64,000 nucleotides of DNA from Tubiluchus corallicola (Eukaryota; Animalia; Priapulida): the NCBI GenBank assembly GCA_030141605.1, contig JAQGDQ010000346.1, forward strand, positions 188,157-252,156. The letters are read 5' to 3'. Under the pieces are notes generated by a model. The model was not told the origin of the DNA and did not search any database. It saw nothing but the letters and a program-made list of their open reading frames with translations. Made by a program: the position numbers and the translations under genes. The stretch's first letter is position 1. Every line of letters starts with the position of its first letter. Positions 1 to 11,490 of this stretch are shown piece after piece.

Positions 1-1541
1 CGCGTGATTTGTATTCATATCCCCTTACAACCTAAAATACGATGATTATACTGTACGGACAACATTCAGATAATGGCTTGTAAAAACCTACAAAAGCCTG
101 TCATTATATGCTCTAAAAACTCCACAAATTTCTCCAGAAATCACGCTTAAACGCCCCCCTTTTTGGATACGCCATGTTTGCCTGCAAATTTGTGTAATAA
201 TTACAAGAATGAATTAACAACAATAAAGACAGGCTGTTTAAGGAGTGAAATAATCGATAAAATACTTTTTATGTTGAATTTCATTTCGGATATCATTGTC
301 AAGCGAATTCATTGGCTACTACAAGAAAATCAGTCTATAAGATTTTTAAAATCAGTCTGCTAATGTCTATAAAATATGTAGACGGTCACTGAACAGTGAA
401 AAATCTGGTGGAAAAAACAAGAAACCGAAACCATATAGCTAAAAATTTGTACAAAGTGTTTATGCTTTATCGTTTAAACATTTTACGTGTATATGTAATT
501 TCAATTTAAAATAGTTACAGAATTTCTTAAATTAAAATGCTGAAATCGTAGTGGCCGTGCAGCAAATAAAATATAGTAACAAAGTTGTGACAGAAATCTA
601 AGTAGCAGAGCTTTGTTACAAAAACATCTGCGACCCCCCAAGTGTTCGTTACTGCATTGTGGATTTAAACTGTCTCGGGACAACGATCCATGCAGCATAG
701 TTGATATACAGGGCTACTTTGCTATTTTATTTTCAAATTTTGTTTAGATAGCCTCTCCCCAAATGAATGAAACCGGAATTGTACAGTCTTCTACAGGTGT
801 TCCTTATATGCGTCTTTGGATGTCATGCATCACTACCTATACACATGGCTTCCTCAAATTTTTGCCGTCTGGCTTCATTTGATAAAAGCTAATCCGCTAT
901 GTACAGCACTTATACTTTGAACTTAAATTAAATTTTCTTTAATTATTATATGATATTTTTGATTCTTCAGACAACTTTTGTTTGAAAACGCAGCTACTGA
1001 GTATCACACTCTCAGAAGGATTTAAGTTTATTATGATAAATGCAAAAAATACATAAATTGGCGGTCAATGCAAGAAATACATAAATTGGCGGTCACACCT
1101 AGGGAAACCAGATCTCTAGTTGTATGGAAAATCAAGAAACAACTTAAATTTGGTTCCTGGAATTCTAGTTTTAAACAAATATCTTGCTAATTAGAAAGGT
1201 AAAGTCGTTGTTTTCAATTCTCAAAACAAAATTTTGGCTATTTCAAAAAACAGTCATAGCTCTTTGAATAAAAAAAAATCAAATTAGCTCCTTATAAGCC
1301 AAAAAACATAATTCCTATTATATTTTTTAAATTACTAGCATTTTTATTGAACAGAAGCACACCTGTACTTATTTTAAAAATATTAAATTCAATCATTAAT
1401 TAATGAAAGATCTAATTTCCAATAATTTTTAACGAAAAATGAAACAACAAACAACTGATTTATTGCTTATTTAGCCTTTCTGAAACAGAAATAAATCTAG
1501 ACAAATTCACAACTACTAAGCAATTAACTAAAAAAACTTAC

Positions 1542-1558
1542 CTATGTATGAGCGCCAT
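1542..1558 (-). CDS. Candidate short first coding exon (MALIH..) of an unidentified gene running left
   Basis: ATG GCG CTC ATA CAT AG followed by a perfect donor AG|gtaagt, with a promoter-like motif cluster ~130-180 nt upstream. No matching downstream exon could be assigned. Confidence 0.3.
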
Positions 1559-1685
1559 TCCAACAGGTGGAATCCAGTAATTTTAACACGTCTCCAACGC
1601 ACTGTCTAAACTCACCGCTGTAGGCCTGCCACTAAAAGGCGAATGTAGGTCGTAACATACTCTACATACCATACCAGCGACGACA

Positions 1686-1738
1686 CGATTGGCTAAACGG
1701 TGTCACATGACGCAACAAGGTAACCAATCGCGTGGCGT
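1686..1738. promoter_or_regulatory. Promoter-like cluster: two opposed CCAAT boxes flanking an E-box (GTCACATGAC)
   Basis: gattggct...gtcacatgac...aaccaatc within ~50 bp, upstream of the candidate exon at 1542-1558. Confidence 0.4.
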
Positions 1739-3261
1739 TTTTTCCTATTTCACTGTTTTGGAAAGTGAAATTTCATACCATTTCATGGTCACACTTTCAC
1801 TTCACTCCTCTGCGCATCCACTGCTCAATGTTCAGAAGCTAATTTAAATGGCTATAAGGCGCATTCCAAGCTCAGACTCAGACATGAAGTTCATTGCCGA
1901 CTGGACAGCCAAATGTAAAAAACGACAATAACTCCAAGCAGGGGTGATCTTCTTTTCTTAGCATCCTATGCAGCTGTGCTATAACGAATGAGTTTTTCAG
2001 TTGTCTGCTTGCAGTTAAAGAGCTAACATTGCGGGGTGTATTTGTACAAAATCAATTAACCAGACCTACTTTATAGCCAAAACTATGCACTAAATGACAA
2101 ACTATATGAGAAAAAATTCTAACAGAGCTGCCTCTATAAAGGCTTTTAGTAATAAAGAAACAGTCACCAGACAGCATGTCATGTCCATGGCTTTTATAAA
2201 TTGTTATTGACAGCTGTTATAAATTTGCAGGGCAATAACATAAACAACAGACGAACTTTTAATTGCACGTTGTAAAACTATAGGGACGCTTTCTTTTGTT
2301 AAGCAAAATAGGTTGCCTTTCAAATGACTTGGGTCTGTCTGTACAAGGTTATTTCATGATAATGGCTGACTTGAACAATTGAAAGCAAGAAAATCGTACT
2401 TCTGATTTCCAGTAAAAATCAAAAAGTCTGTTGCAGTTGTACAATTATCATTATACAATCCTCCATTGCTAATTAAATCATGTGCAAGTCAATATTGTTA
2501 ATCAACATTATTGCAATTAATGACTGCATTAGAAATGAAAATAAATATAATTACATATAATGACTATTTGGATTCATCTATCTGGGATTCGAACCCGCGT
2601 TTTATTCGTTCTAGGAAGTTTACTAACCACAATGTGACAGACTTAATGTGAAATTATCTTACATCTTCGGCGATAAAAATATAGTAGAAGATTAAATTAT
2701 TTTGAATCGTAAAAATTTAAAATTTGTTAAAGAAATTTCATTTTGCAAAAAAAATTTCGTATGTGTGACATTTTTGCAATAATAAAATAAAGTTATATGA
2801 ACAAGTAGATAATTATGTAAGTATTTAAACAGCTATATTATTTTACGTGATTTATTTGATTGTGAAAATGATAGCCTCTCGTGAGCCCAAGTCTATTTAC
2901 ATTGACCTTATAAATCGTTTTAAATGATACGCGAAGTTGTGATTGACTGTCTGTGAACAAGTGAGACCTAAATAAACTTTCCTCTAATCTCAAGCAAGTA
3001 ATGTACGCAAAACTTAGCCATCAGCAGAAATGCTGCAGAAATAGTAAATAAATAAGTAAAGAATAAAAACAAGTACTTTTTGCCATTTTACCTCTATGTG
3101 CAGACCGTTTTAGATTTGATGATATACGTATGCTTAAGATTTTGAAAGAATCTCATCCACAACCACTTTGTCATAAACCAAATTTTCGGTCATGAAAATT
3201 TTCTGAAATGAACAATTATTATTTTTTGTTTCGATAATATTTAAATTCAAATATTTAAACA

Positions 3262-3600
3262 CCATCACAGGTCTAAAGCATCGCTTCTATGGTAAACCGT
3301 GATGGACTGAAGAGATTTCCATTTTTACACACTTCAGTTGCTCTGCAAGCCGTGATCCGGTATTCAGGCTCTGCTCAATGTGGTTGTGGCTGGGACGGAA
3401 CGTATCTATTTACCTTAATCCTCTGCGGTGAGACATGCGACCCGGCAGAGATGCCTTGGCCGCGTTCAGTAAATCGTCAGAGTCGATATGGCAGTGGCCA
3501 CCTCTCAGAAGCAGCTTTCCGAGCCCTCATCCATCCTTTTTCTGAACAGGATCAGCACTGCTTAGCTAGCGCAAACCGTGATCACTCGCCCTAAACTGCG
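3262..3600. other. GC-enriched, hairpin-rich island (candidate non-coding first exon or structured RNA)
   Basis: Stems ccatcac/gtgatgg (3262-3305), actgaag/cttcagt (3306-3338), ctctgc/gcagag (3421-3450); three a(a/g)ccgtgat motifs; minus-strand donor AAG|gtaaat near 3413; CCAAT and CTCF-like motifs at 3675-3803. Confidence 0.3.
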
Positions 3601-3786
3601 GAAAGTGCAAGCAATTATGTTAGCGGACAAAAATTATTGTAGTAAAAACATACGTGTTGTCTAAACTGCTCTGACCAATAGCCGCGCTAGACAGCGCCAT
3701 ATAAATAAGTTAACATTGACATAAAATTTGCCGCACGTTTTGTGGACTGCAACTGGTACCTATGAAATTTATTCAGAACTGGCCTG

Positions 3787-3803
3787 TGTCGCCACCTATG
3801 GCA
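3787..3803 (-). promoter_or_regulatory. CTCF-like motif
   Basis: Minus strand TGCCATAGGTGGCGACA resembles the CTCF core. Confidence 0.3.
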
Positions 3804-3974
3804 GAAAGTGAAGTATAAAATACAAAATTATTTAGTGTGTGTAGTCGACAATTGAGAATAAAATATTATAAAATGTTTGTTAACTATTCATGACGTTGGC
3901 ACAATATATTGACATACATTAATAAATATATAAATACAGCAATAATAAGCAGTTAAACACGCGAATCAATGACG

Positions 3975-4122
3975 TATTTACCTCCTCTAAGGAGTTTATA
4001 CTTCCATCGCGGTTGGTTTTTTGATTGTCTGTTTGTCATGCATGCAGTCAGTCAGTCAGTCAGTCAGTCAGTCAGTCAGTCAGTCAGTCAGTCAGTCAGT
4101 CAGTCAGCCAGTCAGTCAGTCA

Positions 4123-4186
<64 letters not shown>

Positions 4187-4435
4187 CTCTGTTTGTTTCT
4201 CCATCCTTTCGTTCGACTGTCTTTGTTTGTGTTTGCCTGTATGAGTGTGTGTGTGTGTGTGTGTGTGCATGTGTGTGCGCGTGTGCGTGCGCGTGCGTGT
4301 TTGTTTGTTTGTTTTTTCGCTTGCTTGCTTGCTTGTTTGTTAGTTTGTTAACAGGATTACGCATAACTGTTTCACAAATTTTTATGAAGCAGGGAAGGAA
4401 GCTTTCGAGAGTGACAATGACCGATTAAAAATTGC
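3975..4435 (+). mobile_element. Non-autonomous Helentron/DINE-1-like (HINE) element with an expanded compound microsatellite
   Basis: Starts tttacctcctctaaggagtttatacttc, then (CAGT)n(CTGT)n(GT)n(TTTG)n, then aacaggattacgcataac...ttttatgaagc...accgattaaaattg. This matches the recalled layout of metazoan HINEs (tacctccgccaaggaggttatg..caggattacgcaaaaact..ccgattaaattt). Confidence 0.6.
4046..4347. repeat. Compound microsatellite (CAGT)n/(CTGT)n/(GT)n/(TTTG)n
   Basis: Directly visible. Confidence 0.95.
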
Positions 4436-5744
4436 GAAAAAAAATATAAAAAAATTATTGCATAATTATAATCCTGTACGAGAAATTTCTGTGTGACATG
4501 ACAAAAGAGCACCACAGAAAAATTACAAAAATGCAAGCGTGCGTGTCATAATTCAGATCAATGGATGACGTTGTTTCCTAAGGCAGTGTGTAGTTTAGTA
4601 AATCTATTCATGTTCTTTCTTTCGTTTATTAATTTATTTAATTTATTAATTCATTTCATTTATTGTAAGGAAACGTGTCATTATAGAAAACAACCATGAA
4701 AAAGTATAGTTTGAGTGCAATACAAAGAAACAAAAATATTGTAGGGCTATATTTGGGCTAATGATTAAACTAACGTTAAATTAATAAAATGTAATGCTGG
4801 CAAGGCAATACAGTGGATCTCCAAGGCCTTTATCTACAGCAGATTCAAACTCTGACCTGTAGTAGTAAAAACCACGAATCACGTGCACACCTGAATTTGT
4901 TAAAACGGAAGGTCTAATGTAGATTGTTGCCAGTGGTCAATGACGTTCTCTGCAGTGTTTTCCTTGGCCAGCGCTGTTGGCCTGGGTTTGCCGGAACGGT
5001 TCGATTGAGTCGTCTCTCCTATGGTCGACATTTCGGTACCTTGATTATGTAATGTGCTTAATAATAAATCGATAATTCAATTCGCTTATTAGATTTCATA
5101 ATTTTTTAGCTTAAAGGTTTGCTTAGCTTAAGCGTAAACATATGCAATGCAACACAACTTCCTTTTGGGCCGCAACGCCATCCTCCCTACGTCCGTTGTA
5201 GACGGATGTCATAGTTGGGCAATCCAATACAATGCAACATTAAATTACAAATTGATGTTCTAAAAACATGCAAACTCAATAAATTTCAGAATATTTATTA
5301 GAAAAATCACATGAAAGTTAAAATCTTATTTTTTAAAATATAAAATAGCACTAATATTAACTAAAATAGTTTTTTTACTTGATTTATGTTAGTAAGTAAG
5401 AAACACTTAAATAAAAAATAAAGAAACATACGCATAAATTAGCTTGAAATTTATTAAAAATAATAATCAAAACTAACCATTAAACCTAAGCCCTATTAGC
5501 ATGAAAGCTTGAACACTTTTTAGCTCTTGATTAGCCTGTAGAAAACTTTTTAAATCACATACTTTGAATTAATTATAAGTGATATTGTACAAGAAACTGT
5601 TCGTTCCCTTTTACTGTTAGCAATGGTGTTAGGGAGGGTGGCATTCTATCGCCTTATTTCTTTAATGATGACCCGAATGTTAAACTGCTTCGTGTAGTGT
5701 GGGTTGTGCCACTGACACAACCTTTATTAATCATCAGCGAACGA

Positions 5745-6045
5745 AATTCGAAGCATTCCAGTTCAAGTACCTGAGGATGCACACTCCGGATTAGATGGCA
5801 GGAACAGGTCACTAATCAGGAAGTGGCAAACAGGGCACAAATAAATGCACTCAGTGATGAACCTAGAAGTAGGAGCTTGATTTGGATTGGACATGTCCTA
5901 CGGGGGGGGATTCTAGAATGACTGTGAGACGGCGATGGAGTGGACACAGGAAGGAAGAAGGGCGAGATCAGCGTGGAGAAAACCAGTGGAGGCAGAAAGG
6001 AGTTATGCAACATGATGGAACTGGAGCGAGGTCAAAATAGTGCCA
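5745..6045 (+). mobile_element. RTE-clade LINE 3-prime ORF relic
   Basis: Frameshifted translation EAFQFKYLR..IRWQEQVTNQEVANRA..LIWIGHVLR..TAMEWTQEGRR..AWRKPVEAE, typical of the RTE C-terminus. Confidence 0.8.
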
Positions 6046-6114
6046 CCAAACCACAAGAGGGTTTAACAAGGAAAACACCTGGAGAGAGATGAAATCGCCC
6101 AGAAGCAGTTTCAC

Positions 6115-6175
6115 GGACGATCATCCATCTATTTTACAACAAGGCTTATGCTGCTTAACTTTAGTAACCGAGCAC
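6115..6175 (-). mobile_element. Degenerate 5S-rRNA-derived SINE head
   Basis: Minus strand aaagttaagcagcat...tagatggatgatcg resembles 5S box A (agttaagcaac) and box C (ggatgggtgacc); related copies at 10377, 24686 and 58363. Confidence 0.55.
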
Positions 6176-6375
6176 CCACAAATGATCTCTCATATTATTC
6201 TTTTCGCAAACGAAAACACAAATAAACGTAAATACAAAATAGTGTAATGTACAAATAGAAAAAGAATGCAGCCTAAAAACAATAAAATTATATTTTTTCA
6301 AACTTTTAGCAAGTTTCCTTATTTACGAACCTTTCTATCAAATCTGGGTCGTACCAGAAAATGGATACGGGAGAC

Positions 6376-6772
6376 ACGAGCAACATGAAGCTTGTGTGTG
6401 AACAACATGAAGCTTGTGTATGAGCAACATGAAGCTTGTGCTTACGAGAAGCATACATATGAACAATATGAATCTTTTGTGCTTATAAGAACCTTATGCA
6501 TGAAGAATATGAATTTTTATGTTTACAGGAAGTTTACACATGACAATCTGAAGCTTATGTGCTTACAGGAAACCTATGTACGTTCAATATGAAGCGTTTA
6601 CACTTGCAAGAAGCTTGTATATCATCAATATGACGCTTGCGCGTTTACAAGAAAGTTTTGCAAGAACAATATGAAGCTTGTACGCTTACAGATAGCTAAT
6701 ATGTAAACAATAATGTGTGAATCTTGTGTGATTACAGGAGGCTTGTGTATGAGCAATATGAAGCTTGTGTGC
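6376..6772. repeat. Degenerate minisatellite, ~21-22 bp unit (caayatgaagcttgtgt...)
   Basis: gaagcttgtg core recurs throughout, alternating with ttacaggaa-type half units. Confidence 0.8.
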
Positions 6773-6978
6773 AAAAAGCAGATTTAGTAATACTTGACAT
6801 GACACACTTCAATAAACCTGATTGGTATCTAAAAAGCATATATTTAGGGTTATCAAACAAAATCACTTAAATTGATAAACAGGGCTCGATCTGAGCAAGA
6901 GTGGTTGTACAATAAAGAAATTAATTTAAAATTAGCCCTAGCAAAAGCTTGCCTACACCGAAATGCAAATGTTTGGAT

Positions 6979-7140
6979 CTAAGAATCCTGAGGTGTCTCT
7001 CCCAGGGCCACATGCACGTTAGGAACATTGCTTTCCTGTACAGCATCGAACTCGCCAGTGTCGCCAGTTAGTCTTATAACGTTTTCATTTTGGGTTTCAA
7101 CGGCTAGTAACTTCGGATTGTTTTCACTAGTTAAAGGTAG
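6979..7140 (-). pseudogene. Out-of-frame remnant of the gene B distal tail (PLTSENNPKLLAVE...TGDTGEFDAVQES..PNVHVALGETPQDS*)
   Basis: Open reading frame homologous to the gene A C-terminus, ending at the same GAT TCT TAG; disconnected by a net 14-nt deletion relative to gene A near 7137-7146. Confidence 0.8.
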
Positions 7141-7337
7141 CGTTCGATTTTGTATCTAACTCCTTTGAAACGTACGTCTCAGTACTTTCATCAGCATTTG
7201 CTCTCCTGTGCTCATTATCATTGTAAGCCAGTTCTTCAAAGACTGGTGGAAGACCAGGAAGATTCCTTTCTGGGACTTCCGAAGAGTAAATAACAGTTCC
7301 ACCGTTAGTGTTTATGATTACGTTTCGCCGAGATCTT
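7127..7337 (-). CDS. Gene B terminal exon (cytoplasmic tail RSRRNVII...LPPVFEELAY...ELDTKSNATFN*)
   Basis: Acceptor ttattag| in phase 2, matching the TM exon; 29/63 aa identical to the gene A tail up to the frameshift. Missed by the ORF track. Confidence 0.85.
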
Positions 7338-10068
7338 CTAATAACAGCATAACAAATCGTTAATGTTGATTTTAATACAGTAATAGCATTAAAGCAATTT
7401 TACGTAGCTGTAACCAATATTAAAAGTATGAAGGCACGTATAACATAAATAACTAGCGCAAGAAATCTCTGTGAAACTTAGTGTAATTGCGAAAGTCGAT
7501 AAAGTATGAGAATACAGCAAAATGATAAGCGTAATGATAATTTGTGCCATTATTTTGTTTAACAATACTACGCAACGCATGTCGTACAATAAAACGATAT
7601 TTTGCCTGTTAATTGCAATTGAGATGCTCTGGTTTGAACGCAGCCATTACAAAAGTATATGATTTGGGTACGATCATTTTGGGCACCAGACACTTGGGCA
7701 CTGGAACACTTGGGCACGAGACATTTGCGCACCAACAAAATTTAAATCACATAATCTTTTTATTTTTGTTTTTAACTTTTTAATGACTGACTATAATTTC
7801 CTAACTCTCTCAATGTTTTTTTAAGAATCGTCGTTTCACTAAATTAAACAGATGCAATGCAATGTCAAATGACTTTGCACTTTCTGGTTTTCAGTATTTT
7901 TGTGTCTAGCTTTTAAAACGAACAAAGCAGAAGAAGACACCGCAAGTTTACATTAGCATTTTATTAAAATAGAATTGGAATTAGAATAATTAATAAAATT
8001 AGAAACCGACCTAGAATGCGTTGTTTAGTTTTTTAGTTGCTTATTCTGCCTGTCAACTTGAAAACGACGTTAATTAGTAAGCTAATGCTTATCAATTTCA
8101 AGACCAACAATAATTGTTGCTGGATCCCATGCGAAATGCATGATAATATTATGCGTTCGGCAAGAGTGTTTTTAGACACTTGCACGCGTTAGATAATACT
8201 ATACATGTAGTTGTTGACAGTTTTACATGATCGTTATCACGAAAATAATTATTTCTTTTCATACCAAAAGATTGTTTAAAAGAAGAAGATTACCATGTTT
8301 TAAAAGCAGCATGGTTATCGGGCAGTGGACGACGATTCCAAGAATAATTTTAGTATGTTAGGCAGCGCGATTTGCTGCGCAAAACAGAAATAATATACAC
8401 TTTCGTGATGCAGGCACATTGGTCATAATTTGTGCGTTGGCGCCTAAATGTCTCCTGCCCAAGTATCTGGCACCCAAACGGCCGTGCCCAATTTCCTCGC
8501 GTCCAAACTGCAGCGCCTAGATGTCCTGTCCCCCCCCCCCACATATAAGTCTATCGCGTCAACTTACACTTTTACACAATAGCAGACGGTTCCTGTAGTT
8601 AATATAGCAACAACGATGACTACACCCATAACAACGATGATTACAACAGCAACGGTAGAACCAGTTTGTTTCTCGGTTACACAGACGCTTGTCGTAGTAT
8701 CTTCTATGCTTGTAGCTTTGAATTAAATCGAAATCAAGATTATATTTTAAATCATTTACATGGGAACTACAGAACCCCCTGAAGTGACAATTTAAAAAAA
8801 ATTAAATTGTTTTGCGATATGCCGCAAAATTATTGTGACATCTTGCAAAACTGTATTACCGTCATGGCACTCGTTTAACCAGAAATGGGATACGCTGGCG
8901 CGAGAACAAAGTAGTCCAGAAAGATTGCCACAGAGCCTTAGGAGCCCGTAACTTTAACCAAAATTTGAACAACGGTATTTTAGCAAACCGGAAACTAAGC
9001 AAAACAAAAGAAATTGTGAGCATGCCTATTATTAAAAGATATTATAGCTGTTAATTGTTACAGAAATTAGAAAAGTTCTGACAAAGACCAAATAGTTTAC
9101 TAAATGATCCTATGGCGCACAAGTTACAGTGCGATTTCTCTTACAGTTGCATAGCGGAACTGTCTAGGGAGCGCACTGGCGAGGTACAAGAAGAAAAGCG
9201 TGTGTGGGTAATGTAAGTTAAGGGTAATGATTATTTAGTTGGTCAGTTCATTAATCAATCGGTCGGTCGTTTGGTTGGTTATCTGGTATATGGTTGAACT
9301 ATTGACTTATAACTGTTGATCATTTTGTTAGTTTCATTGTCTTTTTAGATAGTTGGTTGCCTAATTAGTTAACCAGCTGGTTTGTCACTCGGTTAGTCTG
9401 GTTGATCAGCAGTAAGTTAGTTTTCTAGTCGGTTTTGGATTTTCGTTTACTAAGTTGACCTGTTGGTCCACTAGTCGACTATTGAATAAACCGGCTAATT
9501 TCTAATTTACTACGTATAACAAAATTATCTTCACCTGTAGTTATTCGTTCACATGAAAAAGTTGGTGTAACTGTGGAGCCTCTGACGTTCAACCCCCAGT
9601 GGTCAGTATGATAACTAGCCAGACGTACTGTCACAACTCGACCCCGTTGTTCTACAAATTTCGCATTCCAAAAGTCGTCAAGATTTTTCTTATCTACATA
9701 AGACTTGCTATCTCCAAGAGTGAACGTTTCCAGCGAATTCGAAACCCAAGAACTTTGCCAAATGGTTATCGAGCACCCAGCAGCAAAAGCATTGTCCCAG
9801 CACTGAGTAACGTTAACGGTACATTTACCATAGCAGTTCGACGTAAAGCATGCTAAAGTCAGTATAACCACTGAAATTGTATGTCGCCTGCCCAACAATT
9901 TGTAGACAAGATACATAATTCTACATTTAGCAAGTTAAAACGTGTTGTGTCCTCCCTTGAAGTGAGTTAAGGTCTAGGTTGCTCATGCTTTTTCACAATG
10001 ATAAGAAACCAATGAAAAATACTTTCATGAACACTTAGGATTTGGATCTAAGGAACTTACTCAGTCAT
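7127..10068 (-). CDS. Gene B: type I membrane protein, signal peptide - CBM2-like domain - stalk - TM - truncated tail lacking motif tyrosines (~239 aa)
   Basis: join(10061..10068, 9535..9887, 8568..8715, 7127..7337) on minus strand = 720 nt; GT-AG introns with phases 2,1,2; paralogous to gene A exon by exon. Confidence 0.8.
7666..8533. mobile_element. MITE with inverted arrays of subterminal repeats in gene B intron 3
   Basis: Left end has (acayttgggcac)x4; right end has the reverse-complement units (gcgcctaaatgtc, gcccaagtatc, gcacccaaacgg, gcgcctagatgtcc). Confidence 0.7.
8568..8715 (-). CDS. Gene B stalk + transmembrane exon (ATSIEDTTTS...TVAVVIIVVMGVVIVVAILTTGTVCYCVKV)
   Basis: ttcaaag| acceptor and |gtaagt donor, phases 1 to 2; long hydrophobic run; paralogue of 14252-14417. 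Confidence 0.9.
9535..9887 (-). CDS. Gene B signal peptide + CBM2-like exon
   Basis: Within ORF 9479-9916; donor ACAG|gtgaag phase 1; acceptor either gggcag| (9887) or atgtag| (9920), both in frame. Confidence 0.88.
10061..10068 (-). CDS. Gene B putative first coding exon (ATG ACT GA)
   Basis: Donor |gtaagt in phase 2 joins exon 2 to give MTERHTISVVILTLACFTSNCYG; ~95 nt downstream of the conserved promoter motif. Confidence 0.6.
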
Positions 10069-10076
10069 GTTCTACC

Positions 10077-10219
10077 TTCGGTGGAGTTTCTAGAATTGGT
10101 TAGAGTGGAATGGATCACACAAGTTGCCATTATTGGAGTAATGTTTGTGTAGTAAGCCAGCTGACATCACTTCCGGCGTCTACATTTGTTCATTCTATTT
10201 AGTAAAGCCTTTTACATGA
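10077..10219 (-). promoter_or_regulatory. Gene B promoter block with ETS-CRE-like motif CCGGAAGTGATGTCA (10162-10176)
   Basis: Aligns with 18550-18672 upstream of gene A. Confidence 0.65.
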
Positions 10220-10376
10220 CAAACGTATAGTTCAAAGCAATTACGATTTTTATTTCGGTATTGGGATGACCCGCATACATCGTAATTAATCCAAAACAAA
10301 CGATAGAATCCATTTAACAGTCTTTTCGCGGGTTTTTCTTTATAACATAAATGGTAAATGTATGATTCTTGATGAC

Positions 10377-10470
10377 GGGAATAGCTTAGTGTCGCAGTGT
10401 ATGCTTAGCGACCAAAATGAAGCAAGTCTGAGACTGGTCTGTGAAAGTATGGGTGGTCGTTAAGCTCAGT
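10377..10470 (+). mobile_element. tRNA/5S-derived SINE head
   Basis: gtatgcttagcgaccaaaatgaagcaa is nearly identical to the reverse complement of 58414-58440; followed by box C-like gtatgggtggtcg. Confidence 0.6.
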
Positions 10471-11340
10471 ACTTACTCTGGACGATTTCTTTTATCATAC
10501 TGATTCAGTTTTACCACACTAATTCTGGCCATAACTATCGCAAAATAAGTGAAACTCTTTTCAGAGCACTTAAATGCCCTTTTCTTATTAAATGGATGAT
10601 AATTAAGTCTGCTGTTGCCTAGTTGGGTAAAAAGGCAGGTTGGTAAATGTGGAACAGGCCAATCGTGAGACTGCCATATACCCCACATGGCTGTCTTTCA
10701 CTTTTATAGTGTCCATTTACCAGTTGCGTTTTCTGTTGAGGTTTTATGGAACTAATTTTCACTCTCACAATTGGCGTGAAAAAACAATCTCTCTGAGTTT
10801 AAAAATTCATAATAGCAGGGGAAAATATCAAAAAAAATAGTACAAATATCCCACTTTTGTTGTGCAGTTGAAACGTTATATCAACAAGCATACAAAATTC
10901 TTTTTATTGTTGTGTATCTATGCCGAACTATCTTTTCTTTTCAGAAAAGTTAATTTAACGTCTATTGCGCGAACGTACAATACTTCATGCTTTGTAGTAC
11001 ATTTTTAATTGCAAAGCAGATTTCCTGAGACACTTATATAATAGTTTTGAAATCAGAGATAAAAAGGAGATTTGAAAAATTTCTTCTGCCTGCAGGGAAA
11101 AAAAGAGCATGATTACGCGTGGTTAAAATTGCGTTGACGTTCGTCGTTGCTGCTGCTTCTGTTGTTGCTAATGTTGTAGCTGTTGTTGATACTGTAGCTG
11201 TTATTGATGTTGTAATTTTTGTTGCACTACTGACTTAATTTACTCAAGAATTCAACGAATCAACAAAAATTTAATAAATAGTATTAAAACACAATTCTGA
11301 TGTCAATTATAACAGCCATTCTTTTGTTTTTGCTGAAATA

Positions 11341-11490
11341 TAAAGAGTCCATAAGTCTCCTTCCAATTGCTGTACACACGTTAGGCCGATTACATCCTGA
11401 AGGTCAACATCGTATTTACCGGAATCGTCAGATGATGTTTTTCTTTTGACCAACCATTTTTTGGTTGTCAACAGCTAAAGAATTTGGACT
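11341..11490 (-). pseudogene. Decayed third copy of the receptor terminal exon
   Basis: Frameshifted translation PNSLAVDNQK / SDDSGKYDV / RPNVCTAIGRRLMDS versus gene A PKSLVVEPQK / TGDSGEYDV / GPNVYTALGEKPHDS. Confidence 0.75.

Noticed and set aside
2580-2600. tRNA gene (B-box GGTTCGAATCC on the minus strand)
   Set aside because: No A-box or cloverleaf; at most a SINE fragment.
3280-3595. U2-like ATCGCTTCT, 7SK-like GATC pair and telomerase-like CCCTAA
   Set aside because: Each match is short and lacks the other required elements (Sm site, 3-prime stem and T-run, 1.5-repeat template).
3969-4428. Overlapping ORFs with SVSQ/SVCL/TDRQ repeats (likewise at 26.2-26.8, 28.3, 30.0, 35.3, 37.9, 51.0, 53.8, 56.4 and 60.7 kb)
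   Set aside because: Translations of microsatellites and low-complexity DNA.
6376-6772. CRISPR-like regularly spaced repeat
   Set aside because: Degenerate units without unique spacers, no cas genes, eukaryotic context; a minisatellite.
9599-9856. Plus-strand ORF with an apparent paralogue at 16955-17227
   Set aside because: Antisense shadows of the duplicated CBM2-like exons; splice signals and domain evidence are on the minus strand.
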